DNA of 64,000 nucleotides from Candidatus Shapirobacteria bacterium (lineage in GTDB: Bacteria; Patescibacteriota; Microgenomatia; UBA12405): contig JAQWFB010000002.1 in NCBI GenBank assembly GCA_028704635.1, positions 64,693 through 128,692 on the forward strand, given 5' to 3'. The first letter of the stretch is position 1. The number at the start of each line of letters is the position of its first letter. The notes beneath the pieces were generated by a model. The model was not told where the DNA came from, ran no database searches, and saw only the letters and a list, made by a program, of their open reading frames with translations. This document shows positions 53,101 through 59,488 of the stretch, piece by piece. Made by a program: the position numbers and the translations under genes.

Positions 53101-56100
53101 TCCATTCCAACGGTACTGTTAATTCTATGTTTTTATCCACTGCCGGTAACTTAGGTATCGGTACTACTGCTCCAACCTCTAAATTACATGTCATTGGTAA
53201 CGGTAATATCACTGGTAATTTAACAATCGGTGGCACAGCTACCATCCCCAGAATTTTTATTAATAGAACCAGTAATACCGCTTCTGGTTTAAGTTGGTAC
53301 AGTCCTTCTTATACAGCTTGGTCAGAATATATGGGTCCAGCTGGCACAGCTTCCCAAGGACCAACAGGTAATATTACTGCTCCAACAGGAACATTAGTTA
53401 CTACTTGGGGTTTACGTAGTTTTATTGAAAATGCTAGTGGATATGGTTGGACATGGGAATCTGGAACAAGTGGCACCACCGCCCCCTCAATCGTAGCCGA
53501 ACTTTCATCCAATACTGGCAATTTTAAAACTATTGGAGCTGGAAATTTTGGCGGCAATCTTACTGTAGCCGGTGAAACTTATCTTAACGGTACTGTTCTC
53601 GAAGGAGACTCAAAAACCATGTTCCGTTATTCTGATAGTTATCTTAGACTCAACGAAGACAACGATTTTGGTAATGGTATCTGGACTGGAAATAGTAACT
53701 ATATGACTGGATCAGGATATATATCTCTTGGTTCAAACGGCGGCACAACCACTGGATCAATGTATTTATACGGCGGTGCTTACACCGGCACAAACTTAAT
53801 TAAACTTGATTCCAGTAGCACTTCTGCTATTTCTTATTTCAATGCCGGCAACGTCGGCATCGGCATCACCAATCCTCTTTATAAATTATCCGTCGGCACT
53901 TCCATCGGTGGTGATATTAATGGTAATTTAATGGCCCTTAGATTTTTAGACATTGGCAACACTCGTTATGGTTTCATCCCAAACAACACAGCATCCAATA
54001 AAAATTCTTTGTCTCTCACTTACACTGGTTCCATCAGATTTAATTACAATGACATCAGTAACTCTCATATCATTGCCGGTCCTGCCTCTCGTATCCAAAG
54101 TTTTTCTAATGGTCTTTTACTCGGCGTCAGTTCTACTACCACCGGCAATGTTGCTGGTTGGGATAATGATCTTTTCTTAAAAACGAATGGCAACGTCGGC
54201 ATCGGCACCACTGCTCCAGGAAGCAAATTAGATGTTGACGGAAATATTACCCAATCAGTCACTCATGGTAATAATATGAAATTATGGTTATCTGCAGCCA
54301 GAAATGGTAGTGGAACTGGAGAAATTGGTCTCTATTCATGGATTAGTGAACCAGGTATGACTTGGACTGGAGGGGGTATTGCTCGCAATATGTACAATAA
54401 TACTAGTTTTCCAAGAGTAAACACGGCACTATCTGGACAAATGTTACATTTCACCGAATCTGGAAACATTGAATTCGTTCTTACTAATACTTCAGGAACA
54501 CAAATTACCCCTATGACCATCCAATACAATAGTGGCAACGTCGGCATCGGCACAGCTAGTCCAAATCAAAAACTAGTTGTCACCGGAGGAAATATTGCTA
54601 TAGAGCAGAATTATCAATTTAATTTAAGCGTTGGTGATATTGGAGCTGCCTATTTAACTTATCCAAATTCTACAATAGGAGCAAAGCTTTATAGTTATTA
54701 TGATATCAACCTAACGACAAGATCAGGCGGTGGACTTACTATTGATGGTGCCACCGGCAACGTCGGTATTGGCACCACTGCTCCTAGAAGCAAACTAGAA
54801 GTCGTTTCTGGTACTCCAAATACCGATGCTGATTTATCTGGTACTGCTGGCAGTTTCAATTCTGCCACTCCAACTGGTCAAAGTTCAACTTTAAGTATAG
54901 AAAGTAATGATACTATAGCTGTTAATACTGGAGGTGTTCTTGGTTTTGGTGGTCGATACTCAGGCACTGCCTACGCCAATTGGGCCTCAATCAAAGGTTT
55001 AAAAGCCGATGGAACTTCTGGAAACTATGGTGGTTATCTTTCATTTTGGACTCGTCAAACCGGAGCTGGAAGTGTCGAAAGAATGAGAATTTCAGATGCT
55101 GGCAACGTCGGCATCGGCACAACTAATCCTGGAACCAATCTTGACCTTAATGGCACTTTCCGCCTCAATAACAATATATACCTCAATTCCGGCATTGCTA
55201 ATTTTTCAAATCTTGGTGATGTTGTTAATTTTAATAAATACCTCGGATCTAATACTACTCCCTCTTGGTCTACTGGGACTGCTGGTGGTACTGCTCGTTA
55301 CTCTCATTCTTCTGTTCTCTATAATGGTAAAATCTACTCTTGGGGAGGATCTAATGGTGCTCCTTTAAACACTGTTGACATCTATGATATTGCCTCTAAT
55401 ACCTGGTCTACTGGTACTGCTGGTGGTACTGCTCGTAATTATTATTCTTCTGTTCTCTATAATGGTAAAATCTACTCTTGGGGAGGATCTAATGGTTTTT
55501 CTTTAAACACTGTTGACATCTATGATATTGCCTCTAATACCTGGTCTACTGGTACTGCTGGTGGCACTGCTCGTTACGCTCATTCTTCTGTTCTCTATAA
55601 TGGTAAAATCTACTCTTGGGGAGGATATAATGGTTCCTTTTTAAACACTGTTGACATCTATGATATTGCCTCCAATACCTGGTCTACTGGTACTGCTGGT
55701 GGCACTGTTCGTTACCAACATTCTTCTGTTCTCTATAATGGTAAAATCTACTCTTGGGGAGGATTTAATGGTTCTAGTTTAAACACTGTTGACATCTATG
55801 ATATTGCCTCCAATACCTGGTCTACTGGGACTGCTGGTGGTACTGCTCGTTACTCTCATTCTTCTGTTCTCTATAATGGCAAAATATATTCTTGGGGAGG
55901 ATCTAATGGTTCTAGGTTAAACACTGTTGACATCTATGATATTGCCTCTAATACCTGGTCTACTGGGACTGCTGGTGGCACTGCCCGTTACGGTCATTCT
56001 TCTGTTCTCTATAATGGCAAAATATATTCTTGGGGAGGAACTAATGGTTCTTCTTTAAACACTGTTGATATTTATGATATTGGTAATCGTCAAAACATTC

Positions 56101-59100
56101 TTTCCATTCAAGAAAATGGACAAGATATGCTTAATTTCACCACTAATTCCACTCTCTTCACAAACTCTGGTCGCTTCTCCATTATGGGTGGCAACGTCGG
56201 CATTGGCACCACCGCTCCTTCTGCCCGCCTCACTGTCCTTGGCGATGGTAGTTCCGCCACTTCCGATTTTACTTTATTAAACAACAATGGTTCCGTTAAT
56301 CTCGAAATCCGCACTGGACTAACTGCTCTCTTTAATACTTTTATTGGAGTTGGAGTTGGTAGTTCCAACACCACCGGCCACTACAACACCGCTAATGGCA
56401 GTTATTCTCTTGCTTACAACACCACCGGCTACTACAACACCGCTAATGGTTTTCAATCTCTCTACTCCAACACCACCGGCTACTACAACACCGCTAATGG
56501 TTTTCAATCTCTCTACTCCAACACCACCGGCCACTACAACACCGCTAATGGCAGTTATTCTCTCTTTTCCAACACCACTGGCCGCGACAACACCGCTAAT
56601 GGTTTTTATTCTCTTTTTTACAACACCACCGGCTCCAACAACACCGCTAATGGTTTTTATTCTCTTTTTTACAACACCACCGGCTCCAACAACACCGCTA
56701 ATGGTTTTTATTCTCTTTTTTACAACACCACCGGCTCCAACAACACCGCCATGGGTTACAATTCTCTTGGTTCCGGCACCACCCTAAATTCCAACATCGG
56801 TCTTGGTTATTATGCTGGCTATAAACTCTCCGTTGGTTCCAGTAATATTTTCATCGGTAACAATAATGGTGCTACCGGTTCTTATGACAACCGTCTCTAT
56901 ATTGGTAATGGTTCAAATCCAATTATTTATGGTGATATGTCCACTGGAAACATCGGCATCGGCACCACCAATCCCCTCGAAAAATTAACAATTTCAGGAA
57001 GTGGTGCTGACGTACTTAGTCTAAAAGGTAGTGCTGGTACTAGATTTATTTTTAATGAGACTTGGAGTGGAACAGCTGATATTTTAGGAATTCGCAACAG
57101 TAACACTTCTAATCCTCAAGTTGTTCTTGATTGGAATGGCAACGTCGGCATCGGCACCGCCAACCCTCTTTTTAAAACTGAAATCTATGGCACTACACAA
57201 CTAACAGGTAATTTAACTGATGCTGGTAATCGAGGTAGTATGCTTGCTCTTAATGCAGCTGATTCAAATTATGGTAGTGGTGGAGCTTTACTTTTTGGTA
57301 ATCAACAATCCGATATAGCTAACTCTATCGGTTGGGCTGCAATTAAAGGATTTTTAATAAACGGAAATGGTAATACAACAGGTGATCTTGCTTTTTCTAC
57401 TAGAAACTCAACAGCAGATACTGCCTTAACCGAAAGAATGAGAATTTTAGCAACTGGCAATGTCGGCATCGGCACTGCTAATCCAGGAACTTTATTAAAT
57501 ATCTCCCAATCTATTCCAACCGGCACAGGAGCAATACCTACAAATAGCGGTTTACTTTTAGATTCAAATTCAAATAATTACCTTACCTTTAGAAATACTT
57601 CAGATAACGGATCTTATGCTGGTTTACAATTTTTAGATAATAATGTCGGGGGTTATATTGCTTTTAGAAATGCTATTGCCGGAGGAGCACATACTGACAG
57701 TATGGTATTAGGAACCTATCAAGATTTCTATTTCCAAACTGGAGCAAGTGGTATCGTGGATGGCAAAACTGATGTAATGACAATAAAACAAGGTGGTAAT
57801 GTCGGCATCGGTACCACTAATCCTGGCACCCGATTTGCTGTTGCTGGTCTTACTGGTACTACTGCTGGAAGCTACCTCCGTTATTACAACAACGATTTTT
57901 ATTACTATTCTTCCTCTGCTCGTTATAAAGATAATATTGAGGTTTTTAATGATGATTTCTCTAAAATCCTTAATATTGAACCTAAAATCTTCACCGACAA
58001 AGTCTCAGGCGAAAGAAATATCGGTCTTATCGCCGAAGAAATGGATGCCGCCGACCTAAAACACTTAGTCACTTATAAAAATGGCTTACCTGACACTGTT
58101 GAATATCAACTCGTTTCTGTCTACCTTCTTCAACTCGCCAAACAACAAAAACTCCAACTTGATAATCTTAATAATGACCTCACTTTAACTTCCACTGGCC
58201 AAATTAATGTCAATATGAATATTTCCGATGAAGTCCTCTCTTCTCTTGGTTATAATGGTGCCAAAAATGAAATCGAATCTGCCACCTATTCCATTACTGA
58301 TACTTTAGGCAACACCGTTTCTCGTATTTCTCAATTCAGCGAAATCGCTTCCGCTAAAATCAAAACTGGTCTCCTTTCCGCCACCAACATCATTACTAAA
58401 AACATGGTCGCTGAAAAAATCGTCTCTCCAAAAGCCACCATCAATCATCTTATTTCTACTGACATCCAAACCACTTCTGTCACCACCGAAGAACTAAATG
58501 CTCTACGATCTACGATCAACGATCTAACAGCTAACACTGCCACCGTCTCCACTCTTTATGCTGACAATATTATTTCCAAAGAAGGTTCCATTGGTGAATT
58601 AATGACCGCCAAAGTCAGTGCCCTCCGTGACGAACTTAAACAACTTGTAGAGACGCAACATGATGCATCTCCATCTGGAACCATCACTGGATCATCAATT
58701 CTTTCTCAATCTTCCGGCTGGGCAATGAATATTGCCAGTGATTCGGCAAAAATTACTGGTGACCTCGAGCTCGGCAACAGTCTCATTGTCGGCGCTAAAC
58801 TCACTGTCAACGGTGACACCCAACTCGGCAATGCCTTTATTTCTGGCACTTTCACTGCCGGCGAAATCGCCATTAAAGACAACTTTATCGAAACCACCAA
58901 CACCGCTCTCTATATCCAGCCATCACAAACTGGTTCAGTCCACATCATGGGCGACACTTTAGTCATCGCTGAAGACGGCAACATTCAAATCAATGGCAAC
59001 CTCACTGTTTCTGGCTCTCTCATGGCTAACCTCATTGTTGCCGACCAAATCCAAGCCAACAAATTAACTGCCAATGAAGTCTCTTCTAATGAAATAAAAA

Positions 59101-59438
59101 TTGCCACTGATTCCGCTCAAACCATCATTGCCGAATCTGGTTTTGGTGCCATTGCCACTTCTTCCGCCAAATTAACTTCCAACGCCACCGCCGGCACCGC
59201 CACTCTCCCAACTGGCAAAACCGAAATCGTCATTACCAATAATAAAATCACCGCCAACTCCATGGTCTACCTCACCCCAGTCGGTTCCACCAACAACCAA
59301 GTTCCCTACATCAAAACCAAAATGGTTTATTCCGAAGCTGAACTGCTCGCTGATCCAACTTTACAAAATTACTTCACCATCGCTCTTGATAATTATCTTG
59401 ACAAAGATATCGATATCAATTGGTGGATTATTAATTAA
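41115..59438 (+). CDS. Giant (6107 aa) membrane-anchored surface protein. Domains in order are an SAM-like N-domain, a TM, about 5000 aa of tail-fibre-like beta-helix repeats, six Kelch repeats, eight NTANG (YadA-head-like) repeats, an S74 intramolecular chaperone domain and a C-terminal WWIIN module.
   Basis: One uninterrupted 18.3-kb frame. The N-terminus is FNEYAAFLKSTNLSDASIQRKLSSLASFQKFL. The TM is IVIFSLFAISAGLGFTLY. Recurring motifs are GNVGIGTTNP..KL.V.G and NLNA[DQ][YL]L[DN]G. The chaperone region is SSARYKDNIEVF...IGLIAEEMDAADLKHLV...YQLVSVYLLQLAKQQ. The protein ends DIDINWWIIN. Confidence 0.85.
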   Translation: MDLNKLFNQSRFNEYAAFLKSTNLSDASIQRKLSSLASFQKFLIKKKYVSFVETHDRASLLSISEHADSLIPKTSLFSNLKSKIKLPPVIDDLRSNFLFRYIVIFSLFAISAGLGFTLYRQAVLQSQQNLAYSTASAMITGGRFLSFQGRLTDTAGNPIISSTSIVFKLYPSVGSGTTLYTSQTGNSQTVVPDENGIFSVTIGRSHGTTIPSSVFTENAEVWLEITAGGETMNPRQQIATVGYALNSETLQGLPPSASGTKNTVLVIDGLGNLNLGETSPTIKSTSGTLGIEGQAVLIKASDGSGGNITINPDSNGVINLITEGTGATGFINATNANLASGNLFNATINNLNRGYNFINFSNYSVGTSIVSRFSVDAYGNTIIGNNLTIGGTFVSVGSTNLVTKLNSDLLDGHHSSYFLSVGDTGSLPYVNDATNTTLTRSGTSGPYTLGLNLNNTNTWTAIQNLSAGATISNLSVGGTFISVGSTNLVTNLNADLLDGNNSTYFVNIGQTGNFITTITGVGISVSPTSGTSRTLTNMGIMNATNGTLTRSGSIGSYTLGLNLNNSNTWTAIQNLSAGATISNLSVGGTFISVGSTNLVTNLNADYLNGLPSSSFVGIGSTGNFITNLTNGVGITITGSGSSRNIAFDYGASLLATGNKIGLNFGSINTWTAKQTFGNAAIGGTLALTQGAQDGYILTSDASGNSYWAPNTGVGTIYFAGSGLTLTGTTFKLGGALTENANLTIGNTSAFFINSTTGNVGIGTTNPNRALEIMKQVDGEVQLRLGNGPTTFWDLGRDGSDGYFNIKDQNGAKRLVINDISGNVGIGTTNPTSKLTVAGNVNISTSLNVGTSLVVGTSIELSSSGNRSLSYYDSSTNGYFTQMQTTATGGYGTYGPVSGDWALYNRFSGANTRGWIWQLGTVNVAGLNGKGDFQNAGNLTVGGTLSIGSVPTASDNNTVLTSVGGVVSSINTSAWDKNASDDLTTSTNLFVIKADSGTAETLNVGNTINFVGGLGLGSTVSATDTITFNIGSSAGISVNTDTIGINIGLTGLGFSGTKLINTGLVGVSNSTLTRIGSNGNYTVGLNLANINTWTALQTFGNATVGGTLTMTGTNVGTGTTALFIASNGTVTKRALGTMAFDSGTYDNYNHWKLQTNSNGTTNVLTGNTVNFINGIGISLVQSGSTITVNNIGTGTTYAAGVGLSLSSSNIFSIDYDSTLDLNGNKISLNTGNANTWTGLQTFNATGAPFAVGSSVLVTNLNAQYLNGISSNGFVGIGQTGNFITTITGVGISVSPTSGTSRTLTNMGIMNATNGTLTRSGSIGSYTLGLNLGSNNSWSNGIGVSGTTNLTNALNVGGTVYFGSYVGIGTASPNKQLQIGSAANNSSIYNDYIGSINNMVLESRDSNDSGAFVFRSNSDVGTSDLVQITRLGYVGIGTTAPGYKLDVSGTGRFTSNLTVGGTLALTQGAANGYILTSDTSGNAKWLPNTGIGTTYAAGVGLSLSSSNIFSIDYDSTLDLNGNKISLNTGNANTWTGLQTFNATGAPFAVGSNTLVTNLNAQYLNGISSNGFVGIGQTGNFITTLTAGTDISITGSGVGRTINDTSTLSTVTGRGSSTSTMLSLLGGAYFGTAGATQGVWKANGTVGIGTTNPIYGKVEITTTASNTGGLSLYRGTGSTARSWITSNDVWLMQRSTNDNAGIAIDASGYVGIGTTAPGYRLDVSGTGRFTSNLTVGGTVSLTGTNVGTGTTALFIASNGTVTKRALGTMAFDSGTYDNYNHWKLQTNSNGTTNVLTGNTVNFINGIGISLVQSGSTITVNNVGAGTTYAAGVGLSLSSSSVFSINFGSANTWTGLQTFNATGAPFAVGSSVLVTNLNAQYLNGISSNGFVGIGQTGNFITTITGVGISVSPTSGTSRTLTNMGIMNATNGTLTRSGSIGSYTLGLNLGSNNSWSNGIGVSGTTNLTNALNVGGTAYFGSYVGIGTASPSSKLDVAGAISLIQNYPLIMKSASGTYGGAIRYDTLGGEFMTMATKNSASKLLFATGFDLTASQGSSNILPTTVGLAIYNNNVGIGTTNPTSKLTVAGNGNFTGNLSVGGTVTLSSSVASNTSDTTALMINGSNVVTKRTLGDLAFQNNASLGWIAKTASGNLTIGTGTTLNFTGINGLTTANVGSSQITFSLGGFLSQNTDIGFSGFSLSFSDGGNTLVSFSSTGNTFYNPTTFTSSGDVSIAYDLNFTNSNNSNINTAGPFSINAGEVFNSSNLTLQTYNSGKIILNSSNLYTDGTYFGIGTTNPTSTLSVNGNADINNLVIDGTSGTGLNISNNSLTTDISLQNGETIDNDTNGRINFSISDLYLNSSIFLTSTRLFQAGNGTVTTPAYSFSSDTNTGIYRIGEDNIGVGTSGILRLTVAGNGNVGITKNLNVGGTLTTTTLKATNAQDTTKVTNLNADLLDGNDSSVFTTHNEVTDLGTVTFSSGSAVTTATFITELENKGAFDNYHSIMKASWDYSGNSDITDTGFGTFELAGCVVETWTDDSSDVTRGNITVRITRPTTGSGGGQILVYNDQGSTYSPGWRQIWNSSTDGSGSGLDADLLDGLHSTAFEVPLTFTNGLTRSSNDVHFGGALTENTRLNIGNTEVMFFKYANGNVGIGTTNPLAKLNVYGQSLFGTTRTGVGAASSVINLGSDEYINFAWSTSYPTGNYHRIGKDRTFDNYALSYISTGADATTNLAHVFRTTNTDSALAITAGGNIGIGTTAPGYKLDVSGTGRFTSNLTVGGTLALTQGAANGYILQSDANGNAKWIVPYGVGGTNSLSAGTDISITSVGIGRTINNTSTLSTVTGRGSSTSTMLSLLGGAYFGTAGATQGVWKANGTVGIGTTNPSGGKLQIFGEGAANGLSIYNGTGDTLRLYRVNNVGILSRGGVDTAGIAINVSGNVGIGTTNPGVKLTVTRGGAIYDAAPTLGSGTVGVFSLLSGNGLYGLYSGISSNGDTWLQSQRNDATTAAYNILLNPSGGNIGIGTTNPLYKLHVSGDALISTRLGIGVTNASYALNVSGNGNITGKLNIGTTTTTTSLNLTNTAVGGSSIAAFLSGNSGLIGYISTVGWDKNTADDYTSWTLQADGANGSSITSGSTVNFAHGTNISLVKSGNTITINNTASPYTASNGLSLVGQDIRLGGTLTQNTDIGFSGFSLSFSDGGNTLVSFSSTGNTFYNPTTFTSSGDISIAYDLNFTNSTASYIRSQAPLYIQTESPYANLDLNLTAANAGQIYLNSNVQAMANLTVGGTFTSVGSTNLVTNLNAQYLNGISSNGFVGIGQTGNFITTLTNGTDINITGSGTSRTINNTSTLSTVTGRGSSTSTMLSLLGGAYFGTAGATQGVWKANGTVGIGTTAPGYKLDIINNSATQLRVASGVGQLQGGIRFGNYDATQTADILFTASGQNSLDIRTNYSSTSNKITLSPGTVTAMTLLGSGYVGIGINPLYKLHVSGDALISTRLGIGATNANFALNVVGNGNFTDSLSVGKTLTTTTLKATNAQDTTVITNLNADYLDAQNGSYYDQRVYTSTNNYLGGYYVSGGSEKPNNTIFGAGKLKLAMLSGTNLGFGGSWNDVLWLSSYTGGDVKGSYAIIADKYSDNLYFSRQDYDSGTWGTGNKLWHSNNDGIGSSLNADLLDGLHASAFLTTLTGGTDISITGSGVGRTINDTSTLSTVTGRGSSTSTMLSLLGGAYFGTAGATQGVWKANGTVGIGTTNPLQKLQVAGDINIESGSGIRINNTATSGYYLRGNGTRFVSSGIQAADVPTLNQDTTGSAGTLSREDNRTISPSELTAGKLKFGFTSYTNNDTGPYADFLHFRSYTDATGGNDNLLVLNKTDFGMRLYQQTWGSASAYSTYKDIALVDNGAALNYLPKFSGVGTNVRVTNSSIFDNGNVGIGTTNPSYKLDIQNTSTSMAVNIGSVAQTLYSDLVLHTNGGSGEIFKAGSAYTSWGGPSSLNIYNSSGPIAFHSNGTVNSMFLSTAGNLGIGTTAPTSKLHVIGNGNITGNLTIGGTATIPRIFINRTSNTASGLSWYSPSYTAWSEYMGPAGTASQGPTGNITAPTGTLVTTWGLRSFIENASGYGWTWESGTSGTTAPSIVAELSSNTGNFKTIGAGNFGGNLTVAGETYLNGTVLEGDSKTMFRYSDSYLRLNEDNDFGNGIWTGNSNYMTGSGYISLGSNGGTTTGSMYLYGGAYTGTNLIKLDSSSTSAISYFNAGNVGIGITNPLYKLSVGTSIGGDINGNLMALRFLDIGNTRYGFIPNNTASNKNSLSLTYTGSIRFNYNDISNSHIIAGPASRIQSFSNGLLLGVSSTTTGNVAGWDNDLFLKTNGNVGIGTTAPGSKLDVDGNITQSVTHGNNMKLWLSAARNGSGTGEIGLYSWISEPGMTWTGGGIARNMYNNTSFPRVNTALSGQMLHFTESGNIEFVLTNTSGTQITPMTIQYNSGNVGIGTASPNQKLVVTGGNIAIEQNYQFNLSVGDIGAAYLTYPNSTIGAKLYSYYDINLTTRSGGGLTIDGATGNVGIGTTAPRSKLEVVSGTPNTDADLSGTAGSFNSATPTGQSSTLSIESNDTIAVNTGGVLGFGGRYSGTAYANWASIKGLKADGTSGNYGGYLSFWTRQTGAGSVERMRISDAGNVGIGTTNPGTNLDLNGTFRLNNNIYLNSGIANFSNLGDVVNFNKYLGSNTTPSWSTGTAGGTARYSHSSVLYNGKIYSWGGSNGAPLNTVDIYDIASNTWSTGTAGGTARNYYSSVLYNGKIYSWGGSNGFSLNTVDIYDIASNTWSTGTAGGTARYAHSSVLYNGKIYSWGGYNGSFLNTVDIYDIASNTWSTGTAGGTVRYQHSSVLYNGKIYSWGGFNGSSLNTVDIYDIASNTWSTGTAGGTARYSHSSVLYNGKIYSWGGSNGSRLNTVDIYDIASNTWSTGTAGGTARYGHSSVLYNGKIYSWGGTNGSSLNTVDIYDIGNRQNILSIQENGQDMLNFTTNSTLFTNSGRFSIMGGNVGIGTTAPSARLTVLGDGSSATSDFTLLNNNGSVNLEIRTGLTALFNTFIGVGVGSSNTTGHYNTANGSYSLAYNTTGYYNTANGFQSLYSNTTGYYNTANGFQSLYSNTTGHYNTANGSYSLFSNTTGRDNTANGFYSLFYNTTGSNNTANGFYSLFYNTTGSNNTANGFYSLFYNTTGSNNTAMGYNSLGSGTTLNSNIGLGYYAGYKLSVGSSNIFIGNNNGATGSYDNRLYIGNGSNPIIYGDMSTGNIGIGTTNPLEKLTISGSGADVLSLKGSAGTRFIFNETWSGTADILGIRNSNTSNPQVVLDWNGNVGIGTANPLFKTEIYGTTQLTGNLTDAGNRGSMLALNAADSNYGSGGALLFGNQQSDIANSIGWAAIKGFLINGNGNTTGDLAFSTRNSTADTALTERMRILATGNVGIGTANPGTLLNISQSIPTGTGAIPTNSGLLLDSNSNNYLTFRNTSDNGSYAGLQFLDNNVGGYIAFRNAIAGGAHTDSMVLGTYQDFYFQTGASGIVDGKTDVMTIKQGGNVGIGTTNPGTRFAVAGLTGTTAGSYLRYYNNDFYYYSSSARYKDNIEVFNDDFSKILNIEPKIFTDKVSGERNIGLIAEEMDAADLKHLVTYKNGLPDTVEYQLVSVYLLQLAKQQKLQLDNLNNDLTLTSTGQINVNMNISDEVLSSLGYNGAKNEIESATYSITDTLGNTVSRISQFSEIASAKIKTGLLSATNIITKNMVAEKIVSPKATINHLISTDIQTTSVTTEELNALRSTINDLTANTATVSTLYADNIISKEGSIGELMTAKVSALRDELKQLVETQHDASPSGTITGSSILSQSSGWAMNIASDSAKITGDLELGNSLIVGAKLTVNGDTQLGNAFISGTFTAGEIAIKDNFIETTNTALYIQPSQTGSVHIMGDTLVIAEDGNIQINGNLTVSGSLMANLIVADQIQANKLTANEVSSNEIKIATDSAQTIIAESGFGAIATSSAKLTSNATAGTATLPTGKTEIVITNNKITANSMVYLTPVGSTNNQVPYIKTKMVYSEAELLADPTLQNYFTIALDNYLDKDIDINWWIIN
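41267..41294. repeat. REP-like palindrome (family 2) lying in-frame within the 5' end of the giant ORF.
   Basis: GTAGAGACGCACGATCGCGCGTCTCTAC encodes ...FVETHDRASLL.... Confidence 0.8.
55258..56085 (+). repeat. Six tandem 138-bp coding repeats (Kelch-like blades) inside the giant gene.
   Basis: The unit WSTGTAGGTARYSHSSVLYNGKIYSWGGSNG.PLNTVDIYDIASNT occurs six times, with above 90% nucleotide identity between units. Confidence 0.85.
56373..56770 (+). repeat. Eight tandem 51-bp coding repeats (YYNTANGFQSLYSNTTG; Hep_Hag / YadA-head-like).
   Basis: Direct repeats ...accaccggc[tc]actacaacaccgctaatgg[tc]... read in sequence. Confidence 0.8.
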
Positions 59439-59443
59439 AAAGC

Positions 59444-59479
59444 AACTTTATAAACTTGATGAACTTTATAAACTTGATA
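59444..59479. repeat. Tandem 18-bp duplication in the intergenic region.
   Basis: AACTTTATAAACTTGATG followed by AACTTTATAAACTTGATA. Confidence 0.7.
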
Positions 59480-59488
59480 AACTAAATT

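Noticed and set aside
56344-56787. Kelch and NTANG repeat regions as separate small genes
   Set aside because: Both lie in the continuous giant reading frame with no stops. The repeats are protein-domain repeats, not independent ORFs.
27598-59438. Diversity-generating retroelement (DGR) targeting the giant or LamG proteins
   Set aside because: No reverse-transcriptase ORF (no YxDD motif) and no recognisable template/variable repeat pair with A-specific mismatches was found in this window. I cannot exclude a TR/RT elsewhere in the genome.
41115-59438. Prophage, because of tail-fibre repeats and the S74 chaperone domain
   Set aside because: No capsid, terminase, portal, baseplate or lysis genes are present. 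The gene has a bacterial TM anchor and is flanked by cellular genes.
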